Source of the DNA: a virus | IMG/VR virus record: IMGVR_UViG_3300031991_000033 | Direction: 5' to 3' (one strand) | DNA: 64,000 nucleotides | Part shown: piece after piece, positions 63,544 to 64,000 of the stretch | How the letters are laid out: each line of letters starts with the position of its first letter | How positions within the stretch are numbered: the stretch's first letter is position 1 | Program-made: the position numbers and the translations under genes | Notes under the pieces: model-generated | What the model was told of the DNA's origin: nothing | What the model saw: only the letters and a program-made list of their open reading frames with translations | The model's database searches: none

Positions 63544-63958
63544 TGTATTTCTCCGACAACGCCTTGACTCGACTTAAGACATCCAATGTCTTACGGTCAA
63601 AATCAAAGCTCTTGAAAGTAACGAATTCGAGAAAACGAAACAACGTCTCTTCTGAAGAGGTATAAAACGAAGGTACGTCACGGTTGAAAGACGAATACTT
63701 GTAAAGCATATTCTCCTCGTATCTCGGAGAATCGCCCATAACCGTTACAGACCCAGAATGGTATGGCAAGTCTTTCCCATACAGAAAGATTTCATACTTG
63801 GGTAGACCCGCCGCACAAAATGGCGAAATTTCAAACACAGCATGAACCGCACGAGTCCATTCCAGTGACGAGATAATTCTCATCTTGGCTTCGTCCAAAA
63901 GCTTGCTGCGTTCCTTTTGCAGCTTAGACATTTGTTCGTCGATTTCTTTAAGTTCCAT
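63536..63958 (-). CDS. Hypothetical protein
   Basis: GGAG RBS; 140 aa; overlaps the SbcC start. Confidence 0.7.
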   Translation of the reverse strand: MELKEIDEQMSKLQKERSKLLDEAKMRIISSLEWTRAVHAVFEISPFCAAGLPKYEIFLYGKDLPYHSGSVTVMGDSPRYEENMLYKYSSFNRDVPSFYTSSEETLFRFLEFVTFKSFDFDRKTLDVLSRVKALSEKYND

Positions 63959-64000
63959 TTGTGTATCTCTCCATGACTGTTGGGCTTTGGGGCAACCGGT

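Noticed and set aside
1-64000. Alternative genetic code (stop-codon reassignment, known in some large phages)
   Set aside because: Conserved genes are full length in code 11, and TAA, TAG and TGA all end genes at expected positions. The two broken genes are homopolymer frameshifts, not in-frame stops.
1-64000. CRISPR array, tRNA or rRNA genes
   Set aside because: No regularly spaced repeats or cloverleaf/T-loop signatures were seen by eye. A tRNAscan-SE or CRISPR finder run would be needed to exclude them fully.

Overview
This 64 kb window is a segment of a large lytic myovirus (jumbo/'huge' phage) with a T4-like virion module, read in the standard genetic code. I found no tRNA, rRNA, CRISPR array, integrase, terminase or major capsid gene. 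Left arm (about 3.4-18.3 kb, + strand) is an early accessory region. It holds an AAA+ ATPase and RNA-repair genes (RNA ligase, metallophosphoesterase, Thg1). It then holds the most striking feature: a complete four-enzyme deamidating NAD+ salvage route (PncA nicotinamidase, PncB, NadD, glutamine-dependent NadE) interleaved with a vWA / PP2C-like phosphatase / protein-kinase triad under two sigma70-type promoters of the same design. Centre (20-42 kb) has neck gp13/gp14, tail terminator gp15, sheath gp18, four tandem plus two degenerate tail-tube paralogs, a gp55-like sigma factor and a gp26-like gene with a T_TTT_TTC -1 slippery site. It also has a small protein repeating the sheath's N-terminal decapeptide, a stand-alone PAS protein and an HNH endonuclease. 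Right arm (42-64 kb) has an HD hydrolase, DenV, a second RNA ligase, a radical SAM protein, methyltransferases, an N-terminal-domain-only ribosomal bL12, a Holliday-junction resolvase and a class II glutamine amidotransferase. It continues with CTP synthase, a carbamoyltransferase/glycosyltransferase/methyltransferase cluster, class I RNR (alpha and beta) and an SbcC/gp46 ATPase. The bL12 fragment resembles planctomycete bL12 as I recall it, hinting at the host (inference). All family assignments come from motif recognition by eye, not database searches.
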